A stretch of DNA of 64,000 nucleotides. It comes from Eledone cirrhosa (taxonomy: Eukaryota). Positions within the stretch are counted from its first letter, which is position 1, and every line of letters begins with the position of its first letter. This document shows positions 60,462 through 64,000 of the stretch, piece by piece. The translations under genes were made by a program, and so were the position numbers. Under the pieces are notes generated by a model. That model did not search any database, was not told the origin of the DNA, and saw only the letters and a program-made list of their open reading frames with translations. The stretch spans positions 85,808,001 through 85,872,000 of the forward strand of contig OZ024740.1 in assembly GCA_964016885.1 (NCBI GenBank), given 5' to 3'.

Positions 60462-61330
60462 ATCTATCTATCTAGGGCGGGTAAAATTCCCGTGATCCAT
60501 GGACGATCTCTCTCCAGCGGTCGCTGTCCCTCATTATCGCTGCCATGTCCTGCGTCTCCAACAGACCAGTGTCTGTCCTTAGGGCATCAACATATGTTAA
60601 CCTCGGTCTTACTCTTCCAGTGTGTGCATGCAGGGGCTCCCACAGGAGCAGTGAGTGCAGTGTCAACTCTGGATGTCGGTGAGCATGTCCGGCTAACCTC
60701 AGTCTCCTCTGTGTCACTTTTGAGCTGACTTTTGGGAGGCTCCCATACAGCTCTGAGATTTTCATCCTCAGTGTATACTGATTAATGTTCAGATCCATCC
60801 TCAGCATTGTCGTGTAGCAGCCATCCACCATCTGAGTGAGTTTCTTGGTCAGTGTCCAAGTCTCAGACCCGTACAGCAGCACAGACTCCACTACAGCAAT
60901 GAAGAGGTGGATCTTCAGGTCTTTACGAAGGTCCGACTTCCACAACGATCTCAAGCTGGGGCACGCTGCGCAGGCTTTGCTCTTCCTCTCAAACACATCA
61001 TTTTCCGTATTCCCAATCTTTGTTCCCAAATACAGGAAGCCCTTAACCAATTCTAGCGGCTTCCCGCCTGCATTAGTGATCCCCTCTGGCTTCGCAACAT
61101 TCTCTACCAGATATTTTGTCTTAATCTCATTCATTCTCAGCCCCACACTCATCGACACAGTCTCAACCTCCTGCATCAAATCCTCTGCCTCCTTCACTGT
61201 ATTTGTCACCAAAACTATGTCGTCGGCAAATTCAGCATCCGATATTTTTTTTGCCTTAACTCTCCTGCTCTGAACCGGTGTTACAGTAAAGCCAGAGTCC
61301 TGGTGTTTCTCTAGTGCAAGGCGCATACAA
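60462..61330 (-). mobile_element. 5'-truncated RTE-clade LINE, RT C-terminal ~285 aa open
   Basis: EFADDI, FLYLG, ESVLLYGSETWTLT, RRLRLAGH, RPRLTY, DRWR. Stop codon runs into a (TAGA)n tail. Confidence 0.92.
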
Positions 61331-61599
61331 TATGACCGACTGTAAATATACACCACTTAGAATATATGTAACCATTATCTACCGCACATAACTTATCATG
61401 TGTATATTCCTGCTGCCATAGCAGTTCATTTGTAAGACTTCATCACCAAACATCATGATCTGTCTGCAGTTTGCCTCAGGGCATGAAACTCTAAGTAATG
61501 AGATGTGAAATGGTCTGTGAGAATAGACACGATGAATTTACTCTATCCTAATTATTAATTTTAAGTTTACCATTGCAAACAAAACCTCTTGACACACAC

Positions 61600-61659
<60 letters not shown>

Positions 61660-61686
61660 TATATACATATATGCATATATATATGT

Positions 61687-61722
<36 letters not shown>

Positions 61723-61925
61723 ACATATATATATATATATATTTAATACATTAACAGAGAAAGCCTTAAGCGATACTCTGACCAACTCCATCTCACTCAA
61801 CAAACATTAGGATATACCTAAGTATTATCCCAATTTAGTGTTTGGGGTGCTAACTAATCAGTATTTCGTGGATAGTTGGTTGTATTATTTTATATGAGAC
61901 ATAATTAAATAAATATCTCTTTCCT

Positions 61926-62031
61926 TCCAGACGATCGTTTCGTTATAAGATTTCTACAATTTGGGATAAATAACGTCCAGGTTATGTAGAAACTTGTATA
62001 TAATCCATAGTCTTATAAACTCATCAGTGGA
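61926..62031 (-). ncRNA. Canonical-core type I hammerhead with large branched stem II
   Basis: Minus strand TCCA-CTGATGA-GTTTATAAGA...TCTTATAAC-GAAAC-GATC-GTC-TGGA. Palindromic ACGATCGT, GUC triplet. Inner helix TTTCTACA/TGTAGAAA. Confidence 0.85.
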
Positions 62032-62255
62032 TGCCCAAATCATATCGATATAAAAATTACATCGACATTAATAGATTAGTGATGGTCTCCTCCAGCGCTA
62101 AAGAGACTGCTAGATTCGAAAGGCCAGCAGTCCTTATAAAGATAAGATACACGCTGCCCCCAAGAGGGTAAGGAGAGGTCATCTTAAAATATAAAACAAT
62201 ATACACGCTGGTCAATTAAACCTGTTAGGTATTATAACCACGTATTTAAGAACTG

Positions 62256-62309
<54 letters not shown>

Positions 62310-62311
<2 letters not shown>

Positions 62312-63276
62312 GAAAAATTGAACAGGGACAGAACAGAGAGGCAGTACGATAAATGTTTATTAAATTCACGCTCAGGAGAGTGGGGGGTAGGTGGGGGACG
62401 ATGTTTCGGGCATAAGCCCTTCTTCAGGTGAGAAGTGTGTGGGAACAGAGTTCAAAAGGTGTGTAGGGGAGTGGTGGAGAGACATATAGCGAAGGGAAAC
62501 GGTGCGAATGAAAAATTAACAAATAAAGACAAAAAATATAATAAATAAAAATAAAGCATGATCAAAATACAAGGAAAGAGAAAATTTAAAAATAAAGGCA
62601 TGATCAAAATAAACTGAAATTAAAAGGGGGGTAAACAGGTGGTGGAAGATGTGGGGTGAGTAGGGGTGGTGGCGGGTGGAGTGGGGAGAGGGAGACGAGG
62701 TGTCCGAGCAGTGAGGGCTGAAGGTGGTGTGTGTGGTTAGGTGTGCGTGTGTGTGTGTGTGTGTGTATGTGAAAGTGAGGGTTGGGGGAAGAACGGGGTT
62801 GCATGTTCAGGAAGGTGTGTGTGGGGGGTGTTTTTGTGGGTCGGAGTGTCTGTGCGTGTGTGTGGATAGGGGGGTGGGGGGAGAGGAATCAGGAGGCTGA
62901 GGGTGTAAATATGTGGTGGGAAGCACGTGTGTGTGGTTTAAGCGTGTTGTGGGTGTGGGTGGCGTGTGGATAAAAAAAATTTTTGTTGGGGTGTGTGTGT
63001 GGGTGAGTTATATAGGTGATGGTGTAAGAGGATGGTTGAAAAGTTGGTAAGTTACACCGATGTTTGGAGATTTTGGTTAGAAGTCAAATTCGCGTGTGGG
63101 TAATCCAAGAAGCGGTGGTCGGAAGAGGAGAGATGTGGGGTGCGCGCGCAACAGGAAGTGGTCAGCAGTGGGAGTGCTGTGGTCAGTTGGTGCTGAGAGG
63201 TGGTGGGAAGGGCATAGCAGCAGTCGGCGGAATGGTAGGGAGGCGAGGATGGGTAGGTGTGAGAGTTGGAGTGAGG

Positions 63277-63319
<43 letters not shown>

Positions 63320-64000
63320 TAGTAGGGGTGTTAGTGGGATGAGTGAGTGTGGAGCGGGGAGAGAAGGGTGTGTGTGGTTCTATGGAGGGAGTGTGGTGTA
63401 CTGGTGTGTGTGTAGTTTGGTGAAGAGGTGTTAGTGGGTATTAGTATACGGGAGGTGGGGAGGGGTGGAATGCAGGTGTGAGTGGGGGTTAGTGGGGGTA
63501 GGGTGTGTAGAGTTGGTGGTGTACGAGGGTGTGTGGGTACGTGTGCGTGGGGTTGGAGGGTGTTAGTGATGTTAGTTGCGTGTGGGGTGGGTGGTGTAAG
63601 TGGGTGCGTGTGTGCGTGTGATAAGGAGGGGGAGGAGGAGAAGAGGGGAGGGAAGGGATGTTAGTATGTTAGTTGGGGAAGGGTGGTCAGATGAGGGGTG
63701 GAGTGGAGGTGTTAGTATTGTTAATGTGGGGTGGGCGGTGAAAAGGAGGGGTGTGTTAGTGGTGTTAGTGGGGGATAAGTGTGGGGGGAGGGGGGCGGTC
63801 GAACGCTAAAGGAATAAGGGTGGGGAGTTCAGACCGGGGAGAGTGTGGGTCTGTAAGATGAAGATAGTACGTTGTTCGACCGTAAGGCGATGGGCGGGTG
63901 TTCCGTGGCACTTGAGTAGGCCACAGACTGTGAGATGGCGTGCGGAGTCTCCAGGGCCACCAAAGTGGCGGGCGATGGGGGAACTGCCCCCGAGACGAAT
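62310..64000 (-). mobile_element. PLE 3' portion running off the window end
   Basis: EN C-terminus at 63806-64000, long GT-rich (plus strand) 3' region, partial HHR CTGAAGA-a-GGGC-ttat-GCCC-GAAAC at 62397-62427 (minus), ending at (TA)n. Confidence 0.75.
63806..64000 (-). CDS. C-terminal 64 aa of a PLE GIY-YIG endonuclease (partial; not in ORF track)
   Basis: IRLGGSSPIARHFGGPGDSARHLTVCGLLKCHGTPAHRLTVEQRTIFILQTHTLPGLNSPPLFL* matches the P.ARHF...R...EQ..IF.L.T..P.GLN pattern. Confidence 0.8.
   Translation of the reverse strand: MRLGGSSPIARHFGGPGDSARHLTVCGLLKCHGTPAHRLTVEQRTIFILQTHTLPGLNSPPLFL

Overview
AT-rich, repeat-dominated eukaryotic intergenic or intronic DNA. The long (TA)n/(CA)n tracts, the tRNA-SINE families and the Penelope-like element (PLE) load resemble a cephalopod (octopus-type) genome; this is inference only. 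Bases ~190-28325 form one ~28-kb (AAC)n-CACAACACCACTGAC satellite with higher-order duplications, and it produces nearly all the long low-complexity ORFs in the track. Bases 28.4-64 kb are nested retroelements: two Tx1/L1-clade LINE fragments, one RTE-clade fragment, six PLE fragments (one with a 567-aa RT+GIY-YIG ORF) and four SINEs. No intact host gene can be supported. Two things stand out that the ORF track does not show. (1) About ten type-I hammerhead ribozyme (HHR) folds, several with long or branched stem II; two lie in ORF-less ~0.5-kb units with terminal direct repeats (retrozyme-like or non-autonomous PLE derivatives). (2) A ~3.8-kb decayed minus-strand coding region (46440-50270) built from a ~0.7-kb repeated, unidentified protein domain. 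Base-pairings and extra translations were done by hand and need computational confirmation.
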